Assembly (NCBI GenBank): GCA_963818475.1
Contig: CAWFSF010000006.1
Coordinates: forward strand, 1,216,001-1,280,000
Reading direction: 5' to 3'
Length of the DNA: 64,000 nucleotides
Source of the DNA: Nitrospirota bacterium
GTDB lineage: Bacteria > Nitrospirota > UBA9217
A program made the translations under genes and the position numbers. This document shows positions 11,801 through 22,124 of this stretch, piece by piece. The notes beneath the pieces were generated by a model. The model was not told the DNA's origin. It saw nothing but the letters and a program-made list of their open reading frames with translations, and made no database searches. Positions within the stretch are counted from its first letter, which is position 1. Each line of letters opens with the position of its first letter.

Positions 11801-14771
11801 CCTGCACGATATAATAGCCGGCTGAAGGAGGAGTTATTGAGCAAGAGGCAAGCTTATCGCTGCTTACGATTTCGCAGGTCCCAACTTCGGTGTCTACCAT
11901 CTGGCTTTCCGTTGTTTCCTGGCCGGGCCGGATGACCCTGCGCACCGCATGCCAATCGCGTTTGATCAGCTTCACGAGAAGCGGCGTACCCAAAGCTGCC
12001 TTGCCGTCAGCGTCAACAGCAATGGCAGAAACGGAAAGCGGCTTTTTTGCTTCTCCGAACCAGTCGGCCATCTTCATGCCGATAAGGACCGGGTTAGGAA
12101 GCACGGTCGCCATGGCAGAGGCACCCACGGTCTGTTCGCTCGGGTCCTTGACCTCGATGTCGAAGCTGTAGAGCATGGGACGGGCAACGTCGTCTTTCGG
12201 CACAGCAATAGTGATCGTACCCTTGCCCTCCGGATTCAGGTCGAACGCATTGGATGCAACGTTCGCGGAAGGCGCTGCTGCCGTTCCCTCGCGGTCGATC
12301 CATTCTGGAATGCCGAAGGAAACTCCCTCCCAGCCCTCGGGCCGGAAGATAATACTCCGTCTCGTAACGTTCCAGGAAGTGCGGGAGCCTGCCATGGGCG
12401 CGCCGAAGTAGTATTCTGCTTTGACCTCGGCCTTAAGCTCCTCTCCTGCTACGACCCTCGGCCTGTCCGGCGTCACCTTCGCCTTGAAATCAGGCGCGCG
12501 GAACTGCGCCGCCTGGAAGGTCCCGCGATATTTGAGGTTCATCGTCTTGGATGAGGCAACGACCGTATAATGACCGAGTGGCTGGTTTTTTTTCAGCGGA
12601 ATACTGATATTAAAAGTGCCGTATTCGCTCACCGTCACCGGTTCGAGTTTGACTCTTGCTCCCTGCGGGTCCCGGAGCTCGACCTCGTACACAGCACCAG
12701 CCTCTTTTTTAAGGTTTCCGTAGGAGAGATAGCGCACTACACCCTTCAGCTCAACAGTCTCCCCAAGCCTGTAGATCTGGCGGTCCGAGAATATCGTGCC
12801 AGCCGGGACCGGCCGCTCCGCTTCCCATGCAGGCGTTACGCCGAAGTTCCAGACCGGGGGATTCCCGTCGCCCTGTGCCTGCAACAGGGTCCAATCCGTG
12901 CCCTTTGAAGCGATCACCGAAAGCTTCGGAGGACGGGCATCGCCGTAGGATTCACGGTCATAGGATTCATCGTCTTCGTCTCCTTCGGCAGGCATATTTT
13001 CGTTCAATACCTTGTTCGAAATGGCGCGTTTGGTGCAGCTTAGAAGTTCTTTTTCGCTCAGAGCCAGCAATCCTGATGCATCGGTCGTTCCCGAAGCGCA
13101 CGATTGCGTTTTGTTCTCCTCACGATAGATCGAGACCTTGACGCCAGACACCGGAGCACCGGTTGCAAGGCTGTTCGCCATGAGCAGGCCTTCCTTGGGA
13201 GAGATCTTGAAATGCACCCCGAGGTCGGTCCGGAATATGAGGCCTGCATGGCTGATCTCGTTGTCCTTGTGGTAATTGAAGCGCCGTGCCTCTTCAGGAG
13301 CATAAAAATTGTACAGCACCGCGCCAAAACCGTCTGCATTGAACCAGCGTTTGAGATCAACCTCATGCCGGACCGCCTTGTTCTTTTCAGGAGCTCCGGG
13401 CATTGTCGTGTAGGCGCCTGGAAACCGGTCCACTAACGAACTGATGTTATCGCCAAGATCGCCGGTCCCGAGCAGGTCCTTGGGGTTCTTAACGCCGATG
13501 ATCTTGGAATAGAGCTTTTCGACTGCCTGTACGCCCACTGGCAGAATGGGGTCCACTTTTTTTGACACCACATACAGCCCCTGGCGCGCAACGATCGCCG
13601 CCTGAAGGTTCCCGGAGCGGAAGCGGGCATCACCCGGGTTCGCGAGCTTCTGGCCGTAAATATCCCTCAGCTCCTTTTGCAGGCTGAGCTCATAGCCCGT
13701 ATCAGGAGTGAGATAGGCATTGTTGATCGGTACGATGTCCCGCTGGTACGCGGAGAAGGGGGAACCCTGGGCAGCAGGACGCGCCTCGCGCTTTTCCCGG
13801 GCTTTCGTCATCTTTTCAAAGAAACCGAGCAGTTTGTCCTTGGCCGAGGCCCACCCCCCCTCCTTCAGCACTACGTTCTTGTCCATCTCTTCCTGCGAAA
13901 CACCGTTGGTGAACACCAATTGATATGACGGCTTGAGATCGTTGTACTCATTGTCGCGCTGGGGTTCGATGCGAAGGAAGCGGAAAGGCCCGTAGGTCTT
14001 GAACCAGGCGGATAGTGCTGCCGGCGTGGTAAGATTGCCCTCCTTGCCGCGCACCCCGGCAGAGACCGTGAGCGTATATTTGGTGTCGAGTTTCAGCGAG
14101 GCCCGGGGCTTCACTGCATATCGGAACTGATGCCGTTCCATGCCGAGTTCATCCGCATCCTGCGGGTTGTTTTTTTCTGCAGAGACTTCACAGGCAACAG
14201 GCACTTCTGATGCCATGTAGCGTGCTTCCATGAGGCGGAGGTGTTCCTTAAGCGACAAAACATTCAAAGCTTGGTTCGAGATAATGAATATCTGCTGGTC
14301 AGGGACAGCATGGTCCAGCTCATTGGGAGTGATATATTCTATACGCGGGCCCGGGGTGCGGAAGGTCCAGGCAAGTTCGGTCTTGAACATGCTTCCGTCA
14401 ACGCCCTTAATGCCTTTCGTTACCCTCACCCGGTATTCGGTCGCCAGGGTCAGGTGATGGGCCGGTTCAAACACCACGGCATTGGTGCCGAGAAGACGGA
14501 AGGCACCTTCAACGCGCGGAATCAGGCTGAAATGTGAAAGCACCTCTTTTCGTGCCGGATCGTCGAGCGTGCCGATGGGGACAACCGCTTTATTGAACAG
14601 CACCTGGATCTGGACCTGTCCATCGTTCTCGCCCTCAGGGCTGTGATGGGTGATCAGAAGGTCGGATGGGCTGCCTTGCGCAAGGCAGAGATGCGGGGCT
14701 AAGAGCGTTACAAGCAGAGTAATGATAGCAATGACTCCGGGGATGCGGCGGTTCATGTGAAGCCTCCTCAA
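8883..14771 (-). CDS. Bacterial alpha-2-macroglobulin
   Basis: Thioester motif YPYGCLEQ, LPDNLTQWRVMAV, DDPLPAGLE; N-terminal signal peptide and Ig-like repeats; paired with pbpC. Confidence 0.96.
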   Translation of the reverse strand: MRRLHMNRRIPGVIAIITLLVTLLAPHLCLAQGSPSDLLITHHSPEGENDGQVQIQVLFNKAVVPIGTLDDPARKEVLSHFSLIPRVEGAFRLLGTNAVVFEPAHHLTLATEYRVRVTKGIKGVDGSMFKTELAWTFRTPGPRIEYITPNELDHAVPDQQIFIISNQALNVLSLKEHLRLMEARYMASEVPVACEVSAEKNNPQDADELGMERHQFRYAVKPRASLKLDTKYTLTVSAGVRGKEGNLTTPAALSAWFKTYGPFRFLRIEPQRDNEYNDLKPSYQLVFTNGVSQEEMDKNVVLKEGGWASAKDKLLGFFEKMTKAREKREARPAAQGSPFSAYQRDIVPINNAYLTPDTGYELSLQKELRDIYGQKLANPGDARFRSGNLQAAIVARQGLYVVSKKVDPILPVGVQAVEKLYSKIIGVKNPKDLLGTGDLGDNISSLVDRFPGAYTTMPGAPEKNKAVRHEVDLKRWFNADGFGAVLYNFYAPEEARRFNYHKDNEISHAGLIFRTDLGVHFKISPKEGLLMANSLATGAPVSGVKVSIYREENKTQSCASGTTDASGLLALSEKELLSCTKRAISNKVLNENMPAEGDEDDESYDRESYGDARPPKLSVIASKGTDWTLLQAQGDGNPPVWNFGVTPAWEAERPVPAGTIFSDRQIYRLGETVELKGVVRYLSYGNLKKEAGAVYEVELRDPQGARVKLEPVTVSEYGTFNISIPLKKNQPLGHYTVVASSKTMNLKYRGTFQAAQFRAPDFKAKVTPDRPRVVAGEELKAEVKAEYYFGAPMAGSRTSWNVTRRSIIFRPEGWEGVSFGIPEWIDREGTAAAPSANVASNAFDLNPEGKGTITIAVPKDDVARPMLYSFDIEVKDPSEQTVGASAMATVLPNPVLIGMKMADWFGEAKKPLSVSAIAVDADGKAALGTPLLVKLIKRDWHAVRRVIRPGQETTESQMVDTEVGTCEIVSSDKLASCSITPPSAGYYIVQAGFKGRENVGTEARLTFYATGREMVGWSGTEYDRVEVLLDKDRYVPGETARALIKSPYPAAEMLFTVEREKFFIKKQQLAEGGAVMVEFIVTKEMIPNAYVGVALVRKGAPASGLEPEDDHQFKVGYAPFTVSAEEKRLQVSVAPDKKTARPGDELKVEFLVKDRTGKPVPSGELVVMVVDEAILALTGYAPPDLVSIIYPHRGLSVRMSDNRRFLLHQQKFSEKGNDGGGGDMMAPGVSVRQVFQNLAYYNPSLITDADGKASIMFKLPDNLTQWRVMAVAVTKDDYFGDGKAGATVSLPLVTRPVVPRFTRLGDSFKAGATVQVSGEVSGLVTIKASLPDKNGSIAFAGAEKELTTSLELKAGETRKVLFPYKANAKGSTLLRFTSHFEGTDKSGQTVSHDDAVQVTLAVQDLPPTETTVAVGETDKESLEKLNIPATGIRTDSGGLSVSLASTALSQLDEGAQYLVAYPYGCLEQTASLLLPLMELQELSKTFAFDLHATKPIPEVIKANLAKVLSLQNEDGGFKYWASDRESDPWISPYIAKILSRAEELHYDVPKEAKEKLGNYLKDRLRNIPSYMRLCSWRCIAYYRINILSGMKHIGLSDESYYQDYYKRRKELSFDTHIRLDALLSELPAWKEQSAILFGEIKKSMFITAATAHVEDRGELPGSWSWMSSPVINTSQALDLFLLREPDDPFVAKMARYILNARKNGRWRYTYENAAALDALLMVLKKKEAVEPDYTATVLLAGKKVMEIDREGYDTKLAEGNIEAKDLPTGASDLSIQKKGKGTLYYTMRYSYKLAGPQPPRQEGFYVERKISRFDAAKSTSIERESLKDIPLGQVAVVELTVIVPQAGYRFVVDDPLPAGLEPIDTSLKTTSKRYETDEEEQGSERNEYGWKYNYNPFNHVERHDDGVKLFADEIAAGVYRYKYMARATTPGVFELPGTTATLMYEPEQFGRGAEGTFSITEP

Positions 14772-14990
14772 AGAAGCTGTAATGGGATAAGTTTGGTTCG
14801 GCAGGATTTCGATGAGGATGAGTATACACCAAGATAGCTGGAGGGTGTCAAGATTTTCGAAGCGTTGATCGGGAGAATTTCAGGAATAGGTTATGTAATT
14901 AAGTGCAACAGCGCTAGTGTGGGCGAAGCCGTGTCTTCAGGAGCTTATTTTCCGGGTATTTCTGTTCTTTCTTGAGTACGCTAGTAATCC

Positions 14991-15018
14991 TTGCATTTTC
15001 CATCAAAAAAGGTATACT
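14991..15018 (+). promoter_or_regulatory. Putative sigma70 promoter of the RRM-rpsU unit
   Basis: TTGCAT-16 bp-TATACT about 265 nt upstream of the RRM start codon. Confidence 0.55.
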
Positions 15019-15282
15019 AACCATAGAAATGAGCAAAGGGCAAGGCCCTCTCGTTTTGGAACGAAATGTCGCCCGCGCCTCATCTTCGTTAACTGACTCT
15101 TCCTGCTATCACCTTTTCTTATTTAAAAAGCGACAGCACGCCTGGTTGGCGAAAGATTCGGTTTGGAACGCGCATGCGGGTTCGCTCCCCTTGCTTGAGA
15201 ACGGCATAACCGCGGAGAAGACACATAACGCGCTGCGCGGCATTGACCGTCAGCGTGAATATGAGATCACACAGGAGGCAGC

Positions 15283-15602
15283 ATGGCAAAGAAACTATAT
15301 GTAGGGAACTTGTCGTATAACACCCAGGAGGAGGACTTACGCGAGGCATTCTCGAAGATCGGCGAGGTCCTGTCCGCAACGCTGATCATCGATCAGGCGA
15401 GCGGCAGGTCCAAGGGATTCGGTTTCGTGGAGATGGCGCAGGACGAGGACGCGGCCAAGGCGATCGCTACCCTGAACGGCACATCGTTCATGGACCGGAC
15501 CATCACGGTAAACGAGGCCAAGCCCAAGACCGAACGCTCAGGTTCGGCGGCGGCAGGGGTGATCGCGGCGGATACGGTGGAGGAGGAAGATCGTGGAGAT
15601 AA
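15283..15602 (+). CDS. RRM RNA-binding protein with Gly-rich tail (one-base frameshift near 15541)
   Basis: RNP2 LYVGNL and RNP1 KGFGFVEM; the alternative frame gives FGGGRGDRGGYGGGGRSWR* ending at TAA 15600-15602. Confidence 0.9.
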
Positions 15603-15844
15603 GAGTCCAGTCACAGAACATCGAAAAGGCCCTGCGGGACCTGAAGAAGAAGATCCAGGTGGACGGCCTTATGGGGGAAATAAAGAAGCGCCGCCATTAC
15701 GAAAAGCCGTCGGTGAAAAAGAAGAACAAGCGGCTCGAGGCAGAGAAGCGAAGACGGAAGCTCCTGAAGCGCTCACCACGGCCATCAGGTTCGGGGCCGA
15801 GGCCGGGAAGGCCGTCGCCGTCATCCGCTTCATCGCACAGCTAA
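15593..15844 (+). CDS. rpsU: 30S ribosomal protein bS21
   Basis: EIRVQSQNIEKALRDLKKK...EIKKRRHYEKPSVKK; GTG start behind GGAGGAGG. Confidence 0.92.
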   Translation: MEIRVQSQNIEKALRDLKKKIQVDGLMGEIKKRRHYEKPSVKKKNKRLEAEKRRRKLLKRSPRPSGSGPRPGRPSPSSASSHS

Positions 15845-15947
15845 ATCCGGATTTGACGCGGGAATGATCTAAGGTTCTCGCATAAGGAGGTGATGAAATT
15901 TAGCAGCCTTGCGGCACGGTGCAAAGTTATACAATGCGGATCTCTCT

Positions 15948-16073
15948 TTATTTGCCGCCCATCGTCCACTCCAGCACGAACCACGTTACTACCAGCGCCG
16001 CTATCAGGTAAACGATCTTCCTGATGTTATTCCAGGCACTGCCTTTCCGGTTCTCCCAGCTTTTCTGGCTCAT
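15948..16073 (-). CDS. Small single-pass membrane protein (41 aa, hypothetical)
   Basis: Manual translation MSQKSWENRKGSAWNNIRKIVYLIAALVVTWFVLEWTMGGK*; clear hydrophobic helix; shorter than any ORF in the track. Confidence 0.5.
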   Translation of the reverse strand: MSQKSWENRKGSAWNNIRKIVYLIAALVVTWFVLEWTMGGK

Positions 16074-16287
16074 TGCTCATGGTGCTCACTCCTGGACCTT
16101 TATATGTTCAGGTTTCTCTTGTTGCGATTGGGAAACCCGTTGCGCCCTCGTCGCCAAACCGCACATCGGAAGTATCTCAAAACACGAACAGTGCACGATA
16201 GAGATACCGCGTCATCGTCCTCTATTCCTATCTTGCGTTCCATGTGCTCCGAGCCTCCCGGCACGTTTGGGACGTTTTCGCTCATAA

Positions 16288-16328
16288 ATTATAAGGCAGG
16301 GCTCCATAGCGGAGCCCTGCCTTATAAT
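16288..16328. terminator. Strong hairpin terminator after hemB
   Basis: ATTATAAGGCAGGGCTCC-ATAGC-GGAGCCCTGCCTTATAAT, perfect 18-bp stem. Confidence 0.75.
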
Positions 16329-16354
16329 AGTACAGATGCTTTTTAATAGCTGTT

Positions 16355-17333
<979 letters not shown>

Positions 17334-17461
17334 GGTATCTCCTGAAATTAATACAAATTCTAAACTCGAAGCACGAAATCCTGAATATCTATAAGCACCA
17401 AACTTTGATTTGAATTTTACTATTATTTAGAGCTTAGCAATTCGTGCTTAGAGCTTGTCTT

Positions 17462-17845
17462 TTAGCTGCAGCCGCACCCGCCGGAACCGCACCCGCCGCT
17501 GCTCTTCTTGCTCGGCTGGGAATCTTCCCCGCCGCAGCCGCAGCTGCCGCCTGCAGGTGCACCGTTCGGAAAGCCAATGACAAAGCCTTCACCGCGCTCG
17601 TCGCTCACAAATCCGAGCTCCGCGCCTGCAAGGGCCTTCGACGTTGATGCGTCCACATAGAGCTTTGCGCCATTCTTTTCAACGACCGTATCTCCGTCAC
17701 CTGACTTGTCGTCGATCATGATCTCATAGGAAGGGCTGCAGCATCCGCCGCCGGCCGCTGTTATGCGCAGGCCGTGGTTCGGCACCCCTTCTGCATTAAG
17801 GATTTCTTTTATTTTGTCTGCTGCCAAATCTGCGATCGTGATCAT
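17462..17845 (-). CDS. HesB/IscA-family Fe-S carrier protein
   Basis: MITIADLAADKIK...LRITAAGGGCCSPSY...GGSCGCG; AAGGAG RBS before ATG 17845. Confidence 0.88.
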   Translation of the reverse strand: MITIADLAADKIKEILNAEGVPNHGLRITAAGGGCCSPSYEIMIDDKSGDGDTVVEKNGAKLYVDASTSKALAGAELGFVSDERGEGFVIGFPNGAPAGGSCGCGGEDSQPSKKSSGGCGSGGCGCS

Positions 17846-17913
17846 GCTATTCTCCTTTTTCGTCCCTTCATTCCCTTCTGGTCCAGCCATCACGGGAATA
17901 ACCAAGAGACCTG

Positions 17914-19441
17914 CTATTTTTTGTAAAATTCGACTATGGACTCGACAAAGGCCGGGATCGTATAGTCCTTCGGCATAATATCGACCTGCATGCCGTACTC
18001 TTCAGCTGTTTTTGCCGTTACCGGGCCGATACAGGCCACGTCAACGCCTGCCAGTAATGTTTTATACTCTTTTTGGCCGAGTATTTCAACAAAATTGTGG
18101 ACCGTTGAGGAGCTTGTGAACGTCACCGTCGATATCTTATGCTCAACAAAGAGCTTCCGCACTCGCTCCACATCAGCAACCGGCTTCACATTTTCATAGG
18201 CAGTTGCTACGGTTACGTCAGCGCCAAGCTCCCGAAGCTTGTCCGGGATAAGCTCCCGTGCCACTTTGGCACGCGGGTATCAGGAATCTTTTGCCTTTGA
18301 CCTTGGTACCGCCAAGCGCATCCAGCACGCCCTCTGCCTTGAATTCCGTTGGGACCAGGTCCGCCCGGAGCCCGTACTGTTCGAGCGATTCAGCTGTTTT
18401 CGGCCCCACAACGCAGATGTTCACGCCTTTCAGCATGCGCAGATCCTTGCCAAGGCTCCGGAGGCGCTCCATGAAGTACTTTACGGCATTGGCGCTGGTG
18501 AAGATCACCCAGCTATAGGATTCGATGGCCTGGATCGCGCTGTCCAGTTCATTCCAGCTCGAAGGCGGCACCACATCGATGGTCGGAAATTCTATGGTCG
18601 TGGCGCCCCGGTCGATGAGCTGCTCGGCAAAGATGCTGACCTGGTCGCGCGAGCGTGTCACGACCACCCGCTTACCGAAGAGCGGCTTGGATTCGTACCA
18701 GTTGAGTTTCTCCCGCAGCTTCACCACATCGCCGACAACGATGATCGCCGGTGGCCCGAGCTTAGCTTCTTTTACCTTCGGGATGATATCGCCGAGCGTA
18801 CCGGTCACGACGCGCTGGTCCGTCCGGGTGCCCCATTGGATAAGGGCGACCGGTGTCTCGGTTTTCCTGCCGTGCGTCAAAAGATTGTCAACGATGCTCT
18901 GAAGGTTCTTCATGCCCATGAAGAAGACCAGCGTGCCAACGCCCGTGGCGATCTTGTCCCAGTGTACCTTGGATTCAGGCTTGGTGGGGTCTTCGTGCCC
19001 GGTCACAAAAGCCACGCTCGCAGTATGGTCGCGATGGGTGAGCGGAATACCGGCATAGGTGGGAACTGCTGTTGCAGCGGTCACGCCAGGCACGACTTCG
19101 AAGGGAATGCCAGCGTCCACGAGATCTTCGGCCTCTTCGCCGCCCCTGCCGAAAATGAAAGGATCTCCGCCTTTCAACCGGGCAACGATCTTGCCTTCTT
19201 TTGCCGTGCGGACGATAAGATCGTTGATCTCTTCCTGCGGAAGCGTATGCTTGCCGCCCTGCTTACCCACGTAGACCAATTCCGCATCAGGCCTGCGGTG
19301 GTCGAGCAGCCGCTCGTTCGCGAGGTAATCGTAGATGATCACGTCGGCCTTTTTCACGCATTCGAGGCCCTTGACCGTGATCAGGCCTGGATCACCAGGC
19401 CCGGCGCCGATCAAATATACTTTTCCGATTGATTGAGTCAT
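17914..19441 (-). CDS. cobA: Uroporphyrinogen-III C-methyltransferase/synthase fusion (frameshift near 18270)
   Basis: VYLIGAGPGDPGLIT, RLKGGDPFIFGRGGEE; HemD part PLFGKRVVVTR...FTSANAV, continued in ORF 17914-18264 (TFTSSSTV, CIGPVTA). Confidence 0.93.
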
Positions 19442-19513
19442 AGTTTGATTGTTACCAGGGAGAACATTGATAGCGCTTGAGATGCAGTAAAGAAGATGGA
19501 CCAAGCGACTTTA

Positions 19514-19592
19514 ACCGCTGAGACGCCGAGACGCAGAGAAGGTCTTCATTCGTTTCGGCATGCATTTCTCAGCGTCTCTGCGTCTCTGCGGT
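19514..19592. repeat. Intergenic inverted repeat built from 8-nt CGCAGAGA units
   Basis: ACCGCTGAGACGCCGAGACGCAGAGAA (19514-19540) pairs with TTCTCAGCGTCTCTGCGTCTCTGCGGT (19566-19592). Confidence 0.85.
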
Positions 19593-19611
19593 ATAGTATG
19601 CCTTTTTTTAG

Positions 19612-20574
19612 TTAATTCTCCAGCAGGTTATTGCCGCTGAAGTCCGTATTATGGCCATATACTTCTCTCAGGATCACGTCAGCGCCCTGTTTCAGGAGCT
19701 TCTCCGCCAGGGTCACGCCGAGCTTCTCCGCCTTTTCTGCCTCGCCCTCGATCGTGTCCTTGATGATGCGCTTCCCGTCAACGCTGCCGACCAGGCCGAT
19801 GAGATGCAGCTTGCCGTTCACCATCTGACCGTAGCAGGCGATCGGCACCTGGCAGCCGCCTTCGAGCCTGCGCAGGAGTGCGCGTTCGCCCGTAACGCAG
19901 GTCCGCGTGTCCTGATGATTAAAGAAGGCGATAAGGTCGTTCAGTTCCCGGTCGTCCACCCTGCACTCGATGCCGAGCGCGCCCTGGCCGATGGCAGGCA
20001 GGCTGATTGCGGGGTCGAGGTATTCCGAAACGTTCTCGGCCAGGCCGAGACGCCGCACACCTGCCGCCGCAAGGATGATGGCGTCGAACTGCCCTTCCTT
20101 CAGCTTCCTGAGCCGCGTATCCACGTTGCCCCGGAGCTGCTCGATCTTGAAGTCGGGCCGGACGTTCATGAGCTGGGTCTGGCGCCTGAGGCTGCTCGTG
20201 CCGACCGTTGCGCCCTGCGGCAGGTCCTTGAACTTGATATTATTCCGCGTCAGAAGGGCATCGCGCGCATCTTCTCGCTTCGTGATGCAGGAAAGATGGA
20301 GTCCGTCGGGGAACAGCGTCGGCACATCCTTCATGCTGTGCACGGCGATGTCGATCTCATTGGCAAGCATGGCCTCTTCGATCTCTTTGACGAACAGCCC
20401 CTTGCCGCCGACCTGCGCCAGCGGCACGTCGAGGATCTTGTCCCCCGTGGTCTTGATCTTGGTCAGGGAAACGGTCATTCCCGGATATTTTTTTTCAAGC
20501 TCCGACTTCACCCATTCGGCCTGCCACAGCGCCAACGCGCTCGCCCGTGTACCGATCCTGATCTCTTTTCTCAA
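19612..20574 (-). CDS. hemC: Hydroxymethylbilane synthase
   Basis: IGTRASALALWQA, GKGLFVKEIE, AVHSMKDVP, GTSSLRR, LEGGCQVP. Confidence 0.98.
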   Translation of the reverse strand: MRKEIRIGTRASALALWQAEWVKSELEKKYPGMTVSLTKIKTTGDKILDVPLAQVGGKGLFVKEIEEAMLANEIDIAVHSMKDVPTLFPDGLHLSCITKREDARDALLTRNNIKFKDLPQGATVGTSSLRRQTQLMNVRPDFKIEQLRGNVDTRLRKLKEGQFDAIILAAAGVRRLGLAENVSEYLDPAISLPAIGQGALGIECRVDDRELNDLIAFFNHQDTRTCVTGERALLRRLEGGCQVPIACYGQMVNGKLHLIGLVGSVDGKRIIKDTIEGEAEKAEKLGVTLAEKLLKQGADVILREVYGHNTDFSGNNLLEN

Positions 20575-20753
20575 TGAAAGGCTCCTTTAAAAACTATTTG
20601 GTATTGCTAAACATTAACCACAGAGTTCACAGAGAAAGGCCTTACTGTTGAATCAGTTACGAACACAGTGGACTCATCCGATTCCTCTGTGGTTGCCTTC
20701 TTGCCTCTGGTTTTTATTATTTACAGTACGAAATGAGGTAGCCATTCCTGGCC

Positions 20754-22112
20754 TTACCTGCAGGTGCTCTTTGCTCCGGTTCCCTGCGGCGGGACTATGG
20801 GATCATCAGATTCCGCAGCCTTCACGTGGCCGGGCCGCTTCAGTTCCTTGTCCAGGTTGAAGAGCCTGCGCGCAACAGCGATCGTGGCATCGCCCTCGCC
20901 CGGGACGGACGCCGCCTGTTTGAGGACCACCAGCGGCGCATGGAGCAGTTTGTTCACAATGGCCTGGGACATGGCCTCAATGGCATGCTTCTGGTCGTCG
21001 GTGATGCTGCTCAGCGACGCAAGGGCCTTGTCATACTCGCGTTTCCTGACGTCCTCCACCTTCTCGCGCAGATCAACGATGGTCGGAACCGCATCCAGGG
21101 CGCGCTCCCACTGGAGGTAGGTTTCCACTTCCAGTGATATGAGCTCTTCCGCCTTGGCCGCTTCCTTTGACCTGCCCTCGGTATTGACATCGACCTTGCT
21201 TTGCAGGTCGTCGATGTCGTAGAGGTAGACGTTATCTTCCTTGTCGACATCGGGATCGATGTTCCGGGGATTGGAAATGTCGATCAGGAAGATGGGTTTG
21301 TGGCGTCGTTGCTTCAACGCCTTGGCGACCATATCGCGGTTGACCACGTATTTCGGCGCGCCGGTGGCACAGATCAGGATATCGATCATCACCATGGCGT
21401 CGGGAAAATGTTCGAATCTGATTGCGTCCCCCTTGAACTCCAGGGCAAGCTCCTCGGCGCGCTCGAAGGTGCGGTTGGCCACCATGATGTTCTTGACGCC
21501 GTTGCCAAGAAGGTGCTGCGCCGCAAGTTCCGCCATCTCACCCGCACCCAGGAGCATGACGGTCTTCCCTTCCAGTTCGCCGAAGATCTTCTTTGCCAGC
21601 TCGACCGCAGCGGTGCTGATGGATACGGCCCCTTCGGCGAGTTTGGTCTCGGTGCGGACCCGCTTTGCAACGGAGATCGCTTTTTTGATCAGTTTATTGA
21701 GGATCGTACTGGTGGTCTTGGTCTTGAGCGAGATGTCGAAGGCGTCCTTGAGCTGGCCCAGGATTTGCGCCTCGCCCACGACCATGGAATCGAGGCTCGA
21801 AGCCACGCGGAAGGTGTGACGGACGCCCTGGGCCTCGGGATAAACATAGAGCGACTGTTCCAGCGATTCCCGGCTGAGGCCGTGGTAATCCGATATGAAT
21901 TGTTTGATCCGGTCGACGCCCGAGACGCTGTCCTGGACGGACGCATAGATCTCGACGCGGTTGCAGGTTGAGACAATAAGGCTCTCCCGTACGCCTTCAT
22001 AGGTCATGAGCTTCCGCAGCGCATCGGGAAGCGTGTTCTCGGGGAAGTTGAGCTTTTCGCGCACCTCGATGGGCGCTGACTTATGGCTGAGACCGACTAC
22101 GATGATGCTCAT
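20754..22112 (-). CDS. hemA: Glutamyl-tRNA reductase
   Basis: GLSHKSAPIEVRE, STCNRVEIY, SLDSMVVGEAQILGQ, GAGEMA. Confidence 0.98.
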   Translation of the reverse strand: MSIIVVGLSHKSAPIEVREKLNFPENTLPDALRKLMTYEGVRESLIVSTCNRVEIYASVQDSVSGVDRIKQFISDYHGLSRESLEQSLYVYPEAQGVRHTFRVASSLDSMVVGEAQILGQLKDAFDISLKTKTTSTILNKLIKKAISVAKRVRTETKLAEGAVSISTAAVELAKKIFGELEGKTVMLLGAGEMAELAAQHLLGNGVKNIMVANRTFERAEELALEFKGDAIRFEHFPDAMVMIDILICATGAPKYVVNRDMVAKALKQRRHKPIFLIDISNPRNIDPDVDKEDNVYLYDIDDLQSKVDVNTEGRSKEAAKAEELISLEVETYLQWERALDAVPTIVDLREKVEDVRKREYDKALASLSSITDDQKHAIEAMSQAIVNKLLHAPLVVLKQAASVPGEGDATIAVARRLFNLDKELKRPGHVKAAESDDPIVPPQGTGAKSTCR

Positions 22113-22124
22113 TCGTGTGCCGCC

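Noticed and set aside
15283-15867. 194-aa RRM protein with a long acidic tail
   Set aside because: Artefact of a frameshift near 15541; the tail overlaps rpsU out of frame, and the other frame gives the typical Gly-rich end.
17730-17760. Selenocysteine in the HesB-like protein
   Set aside because: The GGGCC codons are TGC TGC; there is no in-frame TGA.
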